A DNA stretch of 64,000 nt from the NCBI GenBank assembly GCA_965153285.1, contig OZ229111.1, one strand, 5' to 3'. Positions 1 to 14,300 of this stretch are shown piece by piece. The DNA is from Podarcis tiliguerta. Taxonomy: Eukaryota. How positions within the stretch are numbered: the stretch's first letter is position 1; every line of letters starts with the position of its first letter. Position numbers and translations under genes: made by a program. A model generated the notes under the pieces. That model was not told where the DNA came from and made no database searches. It worked only from the letters and a program-made list of their open reading frames with translations.

Positions 1-1413
1 TTTATCCATAGTAGGGATGTTTTCGTGGGAGAGGTGAAAAATAGGCAAAAGAACTGTTTAAAATTTCCCCCCAAGCTTTTATCATTATTAAATGGCAATT
101 CTTTATTGCTGGAACTCCGCTGCTTATGCTTTTAAAAGGTTTGCTATCATTAATAAAATCAATAAACGTAATCCATACTCAAATACAGCACAAGCAGGAA
201 TCTGGAAATGAAACTAAGCACGAGTCCTTCCAGGTGACAAAGGCTACACAGAATGTCAAACATAATATGCATATAGGTATGATATTTTATTTATTCCATT
301 CAGAGAACATTGATCCCATTTCATAGCTGAAGAACACGGAGGCACAAGAAGACATGCCTGGTTCAATTTTGGCTAGTGAATTCAAGGCACAGAATCCTGC
401 TGCTGTTATGCCCAAAGTGGCTGCCATGAAGAACAGCCTTTGCGGCTACTAGGGAATGGAGAAGCCTGGTGTTTGGCTTCAGCATGCGCACGCATGCTGT
501 GCCAATGCTACAGATTGATTCTGTATCATCTCCTGTGAGGGCAGCCATATAGCTGAGTAATCCAGGAATATGCTAGACATTAGATCAGCCTTTGCCATCC
601 TGATACCCACCTCATATGCCATCAAATCTGTACAGTGTAGGTGAAAAAACCCGTCAGCAAGGCCAGTGAATCAATGAGCACTGAAAAAACACTGAAGAGA
701 TTCTAGAACCTTCTAACTTTATAATTCAGAATATTATGGAGGCCCTTGATCATAGGAAGTACAGTATACCCTATGTGTAATCTTTTTAAACTAATATAAC
801 TACTTTGAAAAAAATGAGGAATTCCTTTTTCAAATTACACAATACTCACTGTGATACAAACTACTGTGAAATATATTCTGTAGGGGAAATGTTTCCTGTA
901 CGTTATCAGAAGTAGGACAGCACACTTTATATTATGATATTGCTCTGTTTCACGTGGCAAATTATATCTGGATGCACCTCATAAAGTAGGATTTAGAGGC
1001 TTTCATCCTCAAACTATCTATGTAGGAAATCTTGTGCTACTTTATGAACAAAACCATATCAGTATAAGTTCCTGAGACAAGATTATACCTGAAAGAGTAG
1101 TAAGGAAAAGGTGTGTGGTGACTGGTGATGCCTGATATCTGTTCCTAGAAGAGAGTTGTCACCATTAAATATAAACCATTGAATGGAGACCATTCAGAAA
1201 TATGTTACGTTTTAAAAAGATGGAAAACGTTGCAAGCAGTCCCCAGATGTTATCAATTACGCATGAAAGCAGTCTGCATTTAGAAGCATTCATGTTATGA
1301 AATATGTTCATGCCCCAGTTTCTCAAATGCGTTGTATCCCTTGGGGAAACTGAGCTCCAGTCGCTCAGCAGGATCATCAAGTAATCAGATTATGGTACTA
1401 ACTGTTTGTGATT

Positions 1414-1419
<6 letters not shown>

Positions 1420-1464
<45 letters not shown>
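1420..1464. repeat. (CT)n(CA)n microsatellite
   Basis: Direct reading. Confidence 0.9.
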
Positions 1465-2140
1465 GTACAAATGTTAATGATTCTGGATGTTTAGGACATT
1501 TATTTGGCTCCTCAGTCCTTCTGTTTTCTCTTCCAATTCCTGGGACCTTTCCTGTGACACCACCTGGCCTCAATTATCTTTACTTCCTTAACTTGAGCAA
1601 TATCTTTTCTTTAGCCTCAGTGATAGACTTTATTTCCTAAAGTTGTTTCCTGGTTTATATGGGAGGATACGTTATTTCAGATTACATGTTCTGTGGTGGC
1701 AGTAAAGAAAAAACAATCAGCAGCTGCTAATGCCTCTGAGAGAAGGAGTTGTCTTAAGAGGGGTTTTTTTAGAGACAGGGTAATAATTTAATTAAAATGG
1801 AAATTGCATAATTTTCTTTGAGCGCATCCTGTTCTGAAACTATGCATTAAGCTTGAGTAGTACTAGCTTAACGCATTTTTTCTGTTTGACAACATCTTTC
1901 TCATGGAAAAACATGGTGCCAGTATTCTTTTCCCAGTTCAAAATTACAGTTATTTTTAAAGAATTAGCTCAGACTTTCCCAAAATGTATTTCTTTTAATT
2001 TAACTGAAACTGAAACAGTTTGTTTCATCAATCATGATGCAAAACACACACCAAAAAAAATAATCATGTCTTAATTAAAATGCATCAGCAACCCAAACAG
2101 ACTTAAGAACATAAAAACAGAAAAGTCAAAAGACTAGAAC

Positions 2141-2260
2141 TAGGGTTGCCATATATCCATAATTTCCCTGGACATATCTGGAATACTGCAGTCGGCAGCA
2201 GTGTCTGGGCATAAATCAGAAAAAAAAATGTCCAGGGAAATCTGGGTGTATGGCAACCCA
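2141..2260. mobile_element. Short MITE-like inverted-repeat element (hAT-like ends)
   Basis: gggttgccata..atttccctggacat / atgtccagggaaat..tatggcaaccc inverted arms. Confidence 0.55.
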
Positions 2261-2484
2261 TGTCAGCGGGGCTGTTTTTGCTGATTTTGCATAAAAATAG
2301 CTCAAAAACGGCAAATTCTTTTTGGATATTTTGCCAAAAAGGTTCAACTCTGGGCAAAAAACATCCCATCTTTGTAGTCCAGTTTCCTTGTTTTCACAGT
2401 GGTCAACCAGATGCTGCTGGGAAGCCCACGAGCAGGACATGAAAGCAGCAACTCTCCACTGTTTTTGTATCTCAGAACAGTGCT

Positions 2485-2849
2485 CCGCAGGCTTCAGGTT
2501 CCTTTTGCTGAAGCCGAGAGAGCAAGACTGTCCTGGCTTCAGTGGAAAAAACCTGAACCCTGCGGAGCGCAGCAGGAACTCGTGCTGCGCTCCGGAGGCT
2601 TTGCGTTGCTTTTGCTGAAGCCTGGAGAGCGAGAGGGGTTGGTGCGCACCAACCCCTCTCACTCTCCAGGCTTCAGCAAAAGCAACGCAAAGCCTCCGGA
2701 GCATGGAGGGAGCGCTCCCTCTGCACTTCGGAGGCTTCGCGTTGCTGTCGCTGAAACCAAGGAGCCTGCATTCACTCCATAGGAAGCACACACATTTCCC
2801 CTTAATTTTTGGAGGGGAAAAGGTGCGTCCTATAGAGCGAAAAATACGG
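2485..2849 (-). mobile_element. Truncated copy of the same TIR element family, in opposite orientation
   Basis: Ends in gtgcgtcctatagagcgaaaaatacgg|ta; its reverse complement aligns with ~27159-27245; the other TIR was not found. Confidence 0.8.
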
Positions 2850-5269
2850 TACGTGTCTTCTGCTGAAATTTGATAGGACTTTTTAATGAGACTGAATTTC
2901 TGGTTGAAGCATACAGCATTTTCAACAAATGGAGAGGAGTGTTGCTGTACTGTTGTTTTGCAAAACTCGGTCAAGTGCCACAGTTTGTACTGTTGCTGAC
3001 TAGCTTTTACTGAATTTTATAAATATGCCTGCACACAGAAAGAAGCAAGGAGCTGATAATAAATCTACCACATGTAACAGTTCATGACAGTTACTGCAGT
3101 ATACTTAATAAAAGTAAAAAGAAATGGAGAAACTGTATAGAATGGGTATTTTAAAAAACTAGCAATGCTACCATTGTTATCTATGTACTAAATCAAATCA
3201 AAATGAATGTACAAGACATTTACCAGGAAACAAGATAAACAGTGCATGCAAAAATACATTCGGGGGGAACCGTGAAGTATTTGCAACCCATAGCTATGTA
3301 TTTCCAAAAAGTCAGTGATTTATTGAGCATTGACTTGGATTGAAATTCCTTCTCCCAGTTCTCTAGAGGAGCCTTCCCCAACCTGCTGCCCTCCAGACAT
3401 TTCTGGAGTACATCCTCCCTGGTCTTTGACCATGCTGGCCAATGCTGATAAGGATAAGAGCCCACAGCATCTGAAGAACACAAAGTTGAGGAAAGCTGCC
3501 TTAGAATAAAGCAGTTGCTGCCCTCTCTTGTTTTAGTGTTGTTCAGAACAAGAACCAAGGTTCTGCTATGCGGTTGAGAGTCCTCTCTGTTGTCAAAGTA
3601 GTTAGAAATAGGATGTGGAAAGAAAGTGGGTTCTACTCTCATTAAGTCATGCAACCGTTTTACTTAAAATCATGACCATTTGTTTCCAAGAGTCTTGCAG
3701 ATTGTCTTTGCTCAGCCTTGGGCAACATGAGTTGTTTTCTACAAAAACAACTTAATTTTTTTCAAATTTCTTTTCCAAGAGGTGCTTCTTATTTGGTGTT
3801 GCTAGCAGTTATACCAAAACAAATGTGTAGATCTCGCATGTTGATCTGTCCTTCAGCTAAGATTTTAATCGTTCGTGTACTCAACTAAAACAATTTACAT
3901 GCAGTTCAATGAGACTTGCCTCAGGACAGAGGATGAGGATATGAAAATGTTACATCTGTGTTGCAGATGCTACATGCAACTTACGACTTTGCAGACAACC
4001 TTCAACCAAACTCATGGAAGCACTGGTAGTTCTTCCATGGTAGTAGACAGTTCCCTCCCCCCACACCCGTTCTTTTATCGAACAGGGGAGCAGTGCTTCT
4101 GGTATCCAGTTCTGTAATCTGGTCCACATTCCACGTCTAACTTAATTACATTTTAGGACTAAATTGCTTGACTCCAGGGTATTTATATGCTGTTGGCGGG
4201 GGGGACAACATTTGATACATGTAATGATACTATATGAATTAGATTTTTTTAAATCCCATTTGATTTTTCTTTCTTTTATGAGGAAGATGAGCTTTACAGA
4301 AAGCACCCATAACCATATACAGAAATTATCTCCTTTCTAGTACATCAAGCAGATGAATTGAGTTTACTTGGCTGTCAGGCATTAGCCTTATCCAAACGGG
4401 TTGACTGGCAAAGCAGTCAGGCTCATGCTTTTCTATATTTAAACCACTTGTAAGTATGTACAGTAACTCAAGTTACACTTTATTTTAGGGCTTAACATAC
4501 TTGGATAGAAATGAGATTTACTGTGGCTGACAGGTTGGCATACAGCCCTGTGAATGGTTTTACAGTTTAGCTCAAATCTCAAATACAAAGATCATGTAGT
4601 AGAATCCTAGGAATGCTTACTCTGAAGTAAGTACCACTGTATTCAATGGGGTTTGCTTTCAAGTAAGCTTATTTAGAATTTCAGCTTCATATAGATAAAC
4701 AGACACTCGGGTCACTTTCTAAATCCTAATATGACAGTAGAAAAGTTTGAAAATTGAATATTTTAACATCTCTACTCAAAATGGAAAACATGAACTCCCA
4801 AATGGTTAAGGTATGCCAGCATTAGAAAGCTGGAATTTGTCTAGATTCTTCCTTAGTGGGTATATATATCAGTTGCCAAGGAACACACATGCCTATAAAA
4901 TCACCGTTGCTGAAGTGATAGCAATTCTTGCCCTTTAAAGAAATGTTGAAAAATATCTTAAACTATGTCCTGTGAAACTGAGGAATTAGTAAGATCCCCA
5001 CCCACCACCACTGCCGCCATTATTTTGTAGTTCTGAAGTCTGTGATACTGACCTAATGGAAAGCTGTACATTCTGATACCACCTATACAGCTATTGAATA
5101 ATGCGTCTAAAATCTATTGTTGCTGTTCCATTTATTATTTCACCTTGTGATACCAATTGTTTGTTCCATACTGGGCTCCCTCTCATATATTATGCTGATT
5201 GAACCATTTTTCTCTACCATCATAACATTTGTCTTGACCTCTTTGTCTTTCCTGCCACACATTGACTAG

Positions 5270-5338
5270 ATGGCTTTCCCTCGCCTCAGTCATGGATTTC
5301 TCTCTGACCAGCCTATTTTTAGCCGACGTATCCTTAAG
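5270..5338 (+). CDS. COL23A1: COL23A1 non-collagenous exon [23 protein letters not shown] (COL25A1 NC2-like)
   Basis: ctag|ATG...AAG|gtagaa, 69 nt, phase 0, no stop; resembles the recalled collagen XXV NC2 (MVFPKINHGFLSADQQLIKRRLIK) and precedes the GDQG exon as in COL25A1. Confidence 0.8.
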
Positions 5339-8300
5339 GTAGAATCGCTTTTAATCTTCTGGCTTGCTGTGTTTTCTTGTGAGGTTGCTTTTTAAAAACT
5401 TTTCTAATTTATGATCTGATAATGCCTCCTTCTTTTCCATTCTTTCGTTCTCCTGTTCTGTTCTTTTACAATCTAACAACCACCCCCCTACAGTTTTACA
5501 TCATAAACAAAATGGAGCAATTGCCATGACAACTAGAATCTGAGGTTTTTCCCCCATTGCAACAGTGCCAAAAATAATAATAGAAACATTCACAGGTAAA
5601 CATCAACTAATGAGACAATTTAAAGCAGTCATCCCATTAACTATGAGCAAATTACTCAGCCTCATCGTGTTGACAGGATTTCACATTTGCTTTCATGAAA
5701 GCAGATCTAACATTCTTTGTCATCTACACAATCAAAGCCATGCTGAATGTCATGATGACTAGTAGACTTTCCCAAAGATAAATACTTTTCCCCTGGCCAG
5801 AATTGCATTCTCTCAACTACAATATTGAGCCAGCCTCCCTGAAAACCTGAATAGGTTAATAGAAAATTGTACAGTGTTTCTGTTCTCAGAAGCAGCAGAG
5901 CCCTCTTCAGGCATTAACATATTATTGCCTGAAAAGGGAACACTGAATAGAGTTGGGATGCACACTTTTAGCCCATCCCCCAGAGCCATGTGACTTTCAG
6001 ACCATAGAATTGTTTACAGCGGACATCTGCATCTGGGTGCCTTATGCATTTAAAGGCTCATTGTGCAAGTGGGAACCTTGATCATCTTGCTTGGGTAGGT
6101 AGCCTTTACACAAGGCTCCCAAAGTATGCCATAATCACACAAAGGGCCAGAGCTGTCACATAGCTCCAGGAGTGAGACAAAACACACGTCCCTGAAGCCC
6201 TGCTAGTGTTTCCCTCTAACAAGAAACTGGCATCTATCAGGGGCGAGGCTAGACAAGAACCCTTCTCCCTGACATCTAGTTTTCTATGTGCAAGGAGTTT
6301 TTCTGTAGATGGTCATTCCATCAGATGAGTCACCACTGGTCTTCAACTGGTGGGTTGCAACAGGAGCAGTACCACCATGCAAATATATGATAAAAGATGA
6401 AGAAATGGGTCCCCAGATGCCAGATTGGGTTAAAAGTAGGTCCTGGATCTAAAAAAGGAATCCTTGTATTCTGTGTTGAAAACTTTTAATAAAAATTCAG
6501 ACAAAATAAATGAAGATACCCGAGTTCAGAGTGACCTATCTAGGTTCACTACTATATGTACTGTGTTCCACACACAGTACAGAATACATAAGTGATATGG
6601 TCCCTGCACACAAGATTATCAGCCTACAAAATGTACACACATTAAGCATTTGCTTAAAAATGGCAAATTTGTCAAGGACCATGCTTTCTGATTTATTGGA
6701 TGCAGAGCATTTGAAGACTGACTCTGATTTTGAAATGTTGTACTTTCAGGATTATAGCTGGAGGATGCCTGCATATTTTGTGAATAAAAATATAGAATCA
6801 TAGAATCATAGAGTTGGAAGAGACCACAAGGGCCATCGAGTCCAACCCCCTGCCAAGCATGTTGGTGTATAAAAGAAGTGATGATAAATAATAATATACT
6901 GAGAAAATTTATAGGTCCATTTGTTTTTATCTTGTACTCATATTGTTGCTCAGTGAGGGAATTTTTCTGAACTGGACCTTGGTAGTATGGCTTACTGAAC
7001 TGGAATGTAGAATGGCTTTCACTGTTAGGTTTTTGATTTATAGCAGGATGACTTTAAGTACAAGTCTGTCACTGGAGGCATCCTGCCCAGATGTTATAAA
7101 GAGCTTTATAATCCACCCTTATCATGGGGGGTTTCAGTGCTGCTTCCATATGTTCAAGCAGACCAGTTCTAGATGCGGAGCTCTTCACCCCAACTTACCC
7201 ACAGTAGATCATAACCCCAGGAACAGTAATGTTAATAGGCAGCCATGGTCATCTAAATGATAGATCTTGGAGACCTGGTGTCAATTCTCTGCTTTAGCCA
7301 GAAGCAAGAAACCATTCTCATGGCTTTAGTAAAAATGAAATAAGTGTGGCCTGCCTCAGAAAGAGCGTCTGTATGCTCTGTACATGAAACAAAGGTTAAG
7401 TGTAGAATTCATGATCAGAGATGAAATATCTGGCTATGCTTTGTTGCAAGTCCTTTTGGAAAACTAGCTTAACATATAAAAAGCTGCTTGTCGTTTAAGG
7501 ATAAAAGTCTTCTTATTTGAAAACAGGAAATAAAAACCTCTGCTGCTCACACAGTTGCATAATTCTGTAGATTGTGACCAGATTACTAGTGCCCTTATTA
7601 CATAATTGGTGTACTTATTATACAACCAACATTATATCTGTTTTCAGTCTTCTCTTGTGTTCACTAGATGTTGATAGTAAATCTACGCGCTCCATGAGCA
7701 TGGTGTGCAATGTATGCTAGCATTCTACATCTGTGTGTATTCTTGCTGTGACATCCAACCCTTTCTCCTTTATAATCAATGATTTGTGTTTTTTACAGAA
7801 TGCATTAAAATGTTGTAAAAAAATATATATCAGAAAGTTAGGTATGATCTAAAGACACATGATACAACAAATTTGCTGAAGCTAAGCAAGCCTGGATTTG
7901 GTCAATACCTAGATGGGAGAATGCCTTTGAACCCTACATAAAAATCAATTCCATTTATGTCTGTGAAAGAAAGGCTGGATATAAATGTAATAATTACAGT
8001 AATTCTGGCATCTTCTAGATGCCAGAACTCTTAAGTTATCCATGTAAAAATAAACTGTAATGCTAATTTTGAGGTTTAGCATTTTTGGATATTTTAAAGA
8101 TTTGCTTTACTATATGTATACTCAGATAAAGAATGTTGTTTTAGAAGCATAATCCGGGTGGTAGTTTTCTCTCTTACTTTCTCGCGATAGTACTGTGGTA
8201 TTTAAAGAACTGGGGTACATTCTTTAGTTGCTTTACCTGTTCCTCATTGGAAGAGAAAAGACCTTTCACTAATCATTTCTCAAAACTAGGCAGTATCGGA

Positions 8301-11300
8301 GTCCAATGTCTGCAAGCAGAAACAGAATATGCCATTCTGTACCATGCAGGCACACAAATTGGACACGGATGAGTTAGAAATACTAATTACCAATATTTGT
8401 GATTAGATGAATTGTTTGGAAGAATAAAACAAACACCAAGGAACCTTAGGCATAAATTTCTTCTCTTTCAGTAAGTTTACGTACCATAGAAAGGTCAGTC
8501 AGTTTGCAGGCTCAAGGTTTTATCTTTAAACTCAAACATACTGATTCCCTGACCATGTGTCCTGTTTTCTTTCTTTCCCTCTCTCATTTTGCTATGCAGT
8601 GAGTTTGCAGCCACAGTCCACCCATAAGGACTTTGTTTTTCTTTTTTTTTCACATTGCGATGTTTTGTCTAAACTTCTTATAGGGGGATCAAGGTAATGA
8701 TGGCGCTGCTGGTCCGCCAGGTCCTCCTGGACAGCCGGGTGCAAGAGGGCCCCCTGGAGACACAGGAAAAGATGGCCCAAGGGGACCCCCAGGCCTTCCT
8801 GTAAGGCGTAGTTATTAGCTAAGATAACTGTTGAAAACTAAAATGCATGTTTTGCGGGGATATCCTGCTCATGAATGCATTTCAGCTATAAGTTCCTGAG
8901 CCTAGAACTCAGATATATCAAGGTGCTAGGGGAAGGATACAGGCATTTTTGGAGCAAAGAGTAAGAGCGAAGGGAAATCACTCTTCAATATCTTGAAACC
9001 AGAGGCAGAACTCATCTTCAAACTGTTTGCGTTGAACAGGGACGATAATCTAGTCAACAAAGCTTTGTGGTGGCGGCTTGCCTTGGAATGGTTATCTTGC
9101 ATTTTGCAATGAGCTGCTAATATTCTGACAATTCTGCTTGTAGATTCTAGCAATATGGCAGGCTTTGGGGTTTTATCAACATTCAAGTTTCCCTTGCTGC
9201 TGCAGCAGCAATCTCTTTTGGCAGTGCCCATGGGATTGTTCTGTAGGGCAAGCGGTAGTTGTGTCATAAAAATGATCTTCACAGTAGTCTTTTATTAACT
9301 AACCATTCATACTCAGTCCTTAGTCATTAAATTAATCACTAAATTCCCTGCTGTTGAATTAGGAGAATTAACAGTCATTATCTACCAAGCAAAGATAACT
9401 GAGATGAAATACAATTTATGTGTTCAATGTTAATCCACAATAAATAGAACCATAGCATACCTGTATGCATTTTCACTTTGTTAATGACACTAATCTAAAT
9501 CATCAAGACATGGCAACATTTCTACGTTCCCTAAGTCAATGAAATAACTGAAATAACGCAATCTCCTTAAGCTTCTCTTCTTCACTGTTGTGCTTTTTAG
9601 GTGGGAGGGGAGCGTTTTGAAAAAGTAATTTTAGAAATGCATTCATTGTCTCTTTATTTAAATAACTTAGATTTGTGTTTCTTTAGGGTGAGAAAGGACA
9701 ACCTGGAGAAGCTGGTATCATGGTTAGTATGCAATCTATGGTATTAAAACATATCCTAATGGATTGATTTCACATATTAAGCATGAGAAGCTTGCCTAGC
9801 CTACCTCAGATGTGTGTAACCTCCTCCTCTTCCTCATTCTGCTCTATAATAGTTTTATACAGCTCCTTTCCTTGACTATGCTTTGGCCATCTAATCACTA
9901 CCCCTAAATACATGTCTACCATCTGTGCCATGTTGAGTTTAGAACAATTGTCTAGGGCTTATGAAACAGTCAGAGTCTCGTTTGTTTTTACGAGTCAGCT
10001 TTCTGTACTGCACCATCAGAAAAAAATAAGGTGAGCCTCTTTCCCCAAGCACTTTTTCGTTCTCTTCCGTCTTTTGTTGTCCTACAAACATTTTGCATAA
10101 GCTCTTTTGTCAGGACTTATTTAAGTTATTTCTTTACATCAATATTGTAATATTTTTTAATTGCTACATGCACTGACTGTGGCGCATGAGAACTACAAGT
10201 GCCAAAACCTAGACTATCAAAAGACTTGCTGACCTCTTTTTAAGTGTCAGAACATTTGTAATAAGATACCATGCTAGCAAACTTAACTCCCAAGTGTATT
10301 TCGTCATAGGAGAAATACCCATTTCCACTTCTGCATCCTGTGCGTGCTACTGCATGGATGACCCACTGCCCTTTCACAAGCCTTTCAAGGGTACTATATT
10401 TACAGCATCTTGACGTAAAAGATCACAGGCCATGAGTGAAATTTTTATTTATTTTTATTTTTTACATTTATATACCACTCTTCATTTGAGGATCACAGCA
10501 CGGTTTACAATATAAACACACAAAAATATGTAACATAATAACAAATGAAACAACACCTCCACGCAGAGAGATTTTAAAAGGCCACAGGTTGTTTAATTAG
10601 GCAAAGGCCTGGAAGATGAGAAATGTTTCCACATGGCTGCTAAACATATGTTGGTGGTTTGTGGTATATTCTCAGAAGCAATCTTCCCACTGTGTGCCCC
10701 CACCCCACCCCACCACCAATAGGCTAGGATGAGTTGAAAGAACCCCCCAGAACACCGCCTGGGCAGAGGAGAGGGAGATCGTTATAGCAGGCGAGCAGAA
10801 ATGCTCGTGCTGACAGAGCGATCTCCTTAGCTCTAAGCTGAATTACTCCCATCGTGTTTTGAGGACCCACCCTATTCCTGCGACTGTGTTTTGTTTTGAC
10901 TGTTTTTTCTTACTGAATTAAAAAATGCTGAAATCCACCCTGAGACCTGCAGGTGAGGAAAGGGTAATAATCATAGTGGGCAGGATTCAGCTAGTGAGTC
11001 CTGTCAGCACAAGGGCTTCTGTTTGTGCAGTGGGGCTTTCTCTCTCCCTACCCCAATAATTCCCTTTTAAAGCTTGCGGTAAGGAATTCCATAGTTTTAA
11101 CTATGCATTGTATGAAAAAGTGTTTCCTTTTTCTGAATCTTCCAACATTCAGCTACGTTGGATGGCCTCAGGTATTGTGTTTCTATTTAAGTTTTGGGAC
11201 TGGTTACACCCAACAGCCATTTTATAGAGGTGCCCATGTCGCTTCCTCTAAATTGCAAATGGACCTTTGGGCCCCAAAAAGATTGACAGCCCAGCAACAT

Positions 11301-14300
11301 TTTTAATGAGCTTGGCTGCGTTTTGTTTTGTTTTGTTTTGTTTTGTTTTGAAAACGGTACAATTTTATTTGTAACATTTCCTAGACATTGGAAAAAAAAT
11401 GTTTTCATTCCTGATATTTTTAAGTCAAACATAACGTGCTTCACTTATTTGTTTTGAAGGGTGAGCCTGGTATTCCAGGAGGAAAAGTAAGTTATTTATG
11501 TTTCTTTCTTTCAAATGCTATCTGCATTGAAACATCATGTTCCCAACCCTATCTGTCTGTCTGTCCATCTATCTATCTATCATCTATCTATCTATTTATT
11601 TCTACCTCACAACTCAGTTATCACAACAGAGTCACAAAATATCTCCAACTTGAAAGTAAAATAACATGGCAGTTAAAACTACTAAACACATTTAAAATAA
11701 CCTTTTTAAAAACAAAAAACAAAAAAAACCAACAATACAATAGTGCAAAGCAATCCTCTGATCCAGAGCAGACTGTGGTTTGTTTCTTGCCCAGCGCAGC
11801 AGCAGAATGAGCAAAGGAGGAGCAAAGCTCTTGAGATTTCAGTAGCATCCACCAACATCCCAAACTACAGGGGAGTTGTGTAACTATTGCATTGTAATCA
11901 GGGCTAATCACATGGGGCTCACCCATCCATGGATATGATAGATCAAACATTATTCACTCTGTGCTGTTGTATCCCTGAAGCTGATCCAGTACATGAAAGC
12001 TTCTGCCACAACAGTCTTTAAGGTGTAACAAGACTCTGCCATTCTTGCTGCAAGAAGTGATCACAGCTACCCCTCTAGAAACTGTCCAAATGGAGTGGTT
12101 TGCTAATATCTGGACTGGAGTTTTAAGAAGCAAATATCTGTATATATTTCTCCAAGGCAGCTGAGTCGGGGGCAGGATATGTGTGTATTTATTTTGGATT
12201 GTGTTAGCTAAAGATCCTTTTCCATATAATGGACCTTAGAAGGGCCACCAAGTAGCTGTGGCCAAGTTGGAAAACACTTTATTATTAATTCATGCTGTTC
12301 AGAACTGCACATAACCTATGGCTACAGTATTTTTAGGAAACACGTTTAAGGATTACATTTCAGTGTGTTCCACAGATCATGAGTGATGTCTTCATGATTT
12401 ATCCACACTGCAAATAAGACTACTCTGAGCTAATAAATGAAATCTCTCTTTCTCTCTTCTGAACAGTTACAAATTAAGTATTAGAAATTAAGTCCCAACT
12501 TCTGGATCAAAAATATTTGGCAGTTGCTTTTCTGGTTAGGCTTACAGTGTGAACTGTTGAGCTTCTGCCAGCATTGACCCTGGGAAACTTAATGCACTTT
12601 TGTATTTCAGTGTCACCTATGTGTGTTCTATTTCATCAGGGTGATGCTGGAATCCCAGGAGAACCAGGGATTCAAGGGCCAAAGGTAAACTTCCTTTTTG
12701 TAGCTCCCCGCCCCCAATCATATATATTATGGGTAACAAAGTAGAATCAATGCAGTATTGGCATACAGGCTGATCGTGTTAAATTTCAATCCTAAATATT
12801 TTTGGTGATTGAGAGTCATATTCTACACTACATAGAGCAAACTGAATCAGAAATTAAAGATTGTTTTTCCCTTTCACTTTGGTCCTATGGGGCTCAACCA
12901 TTCTTAAAGAATAGCTTGAATAGCCATCAGAACAGCTGTACCGTGTTTAAAGACTGTCATTTAGAGCCTGAATTCTTTTTGAAGGATGCTCAATATTTGG
13001 ACTTTGGGGTGAAAGCAAGATTGTAATGTTCACCTTAATTTGTATTAATCTCAGGGAGAACAAGGAAGTATTGGGCCCATAGGCGAGAAGGGCAATGAAG
13101 GACTACCAGGGCCAAAGGTAAGCATCTCCTTGAATGGTACAGTAAAACTGATGAACACCCTTCTTAGAAAATGAGAGTGTTCTTTGCACTTTTTTTGAAC
13201 GCTACAGGGAAAACAAGGAAGCGTTGGCCCAATGGGAGACAAAGGCATAGACGGTAAACCAGGGCCAAAGGTAAGCAGCGCATGGGAAAGCATAAAAAGG
13301 CTGGCACTTGCCTTGCTCAAAAACTAAGGGTTTTCCACTCCACCTTTTTTAAACACTACAGGGGGAACCTGGAGGCCCTGGCCCAATGGGAGACAAAGGC
13401 AAAGATGGTATACCAGGGCCAAAGGTAAGTGGTGCATGGGAAAGAATAGTAAGACTAGCACCTGGCCTGCTTAGAAACTGAGAGTTTTCCACTACACCTC
13501 TTTCAAACATTACAGGGAGAACCAGGAAGTGCTGGCCCAATGGGAGAGAAAGGAACAGATGGTCTACCAGGGCCAAAGGTAAGCATCTTCTTGAATGGTA
13601 CAGTAAAACTGATGAACACCCTTCTTAGAAAATGAGTGTGTTCTTTGCACTTCTTTTGAATGCTACAGGGAAAACAAGGAAGCGTTGGCCCAATGGGAGA
13701 TAAAGGAATAGATGGTCTGCCAGGGCCAAAGGTAAGGAACACATGGGAATGGATAAAAGACTAGCACATGTCTTGTTCAGAAACTGAAATTTTTCCATTA
13801 CACCTCTTATAAACTCTCCAGGGAGAACCAGGAAGTGTTGGCCCAATGGGAGACAAAGGAATAGATGGTCTACCAGGGCCAAAGGTAAGCAGTGCATGGG
13901 AAAGAATAAAAAAAGCTAGTGCTTGCCTTGGTGAGAAACTGAGAGTTTTCCATTGCACCTGTTTAAAACACTACAGGGAGAACCAGGAAGTCCTGGCCCA
14001 GTAGGGGAGAGAGGCATAGATGGTCTACCAGGGGCAAAGGTAAGCAGTACATGAGAAAGGATAAAAAGGCTAGCACTTTCCTTGGTGAGCAACTGAGAGT
14101 TTTCCATTGCACCTCTTTTAAACACTCCAGGGAGAACCAGGAAGTCCTGGCCCAGTAGGGGAGAGAGGCATAGATGGTCCACCAGGGCCAATGGTAAGGA
14201 GCACATGGGAGTTGATAAAAAACTAGCACATGTTTTGTTAAGAAACAGAGTTTTCCATTGCACCTCTTTTAAACACTCCAGGGAGAACCAGGAAGTCCTG

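Noticed and set aside
2216-2974. 252-aa minus-strand ORF
   Set aside because: Runs through GC-rich transposon remnants; no recognisable domain and no transposase motif.
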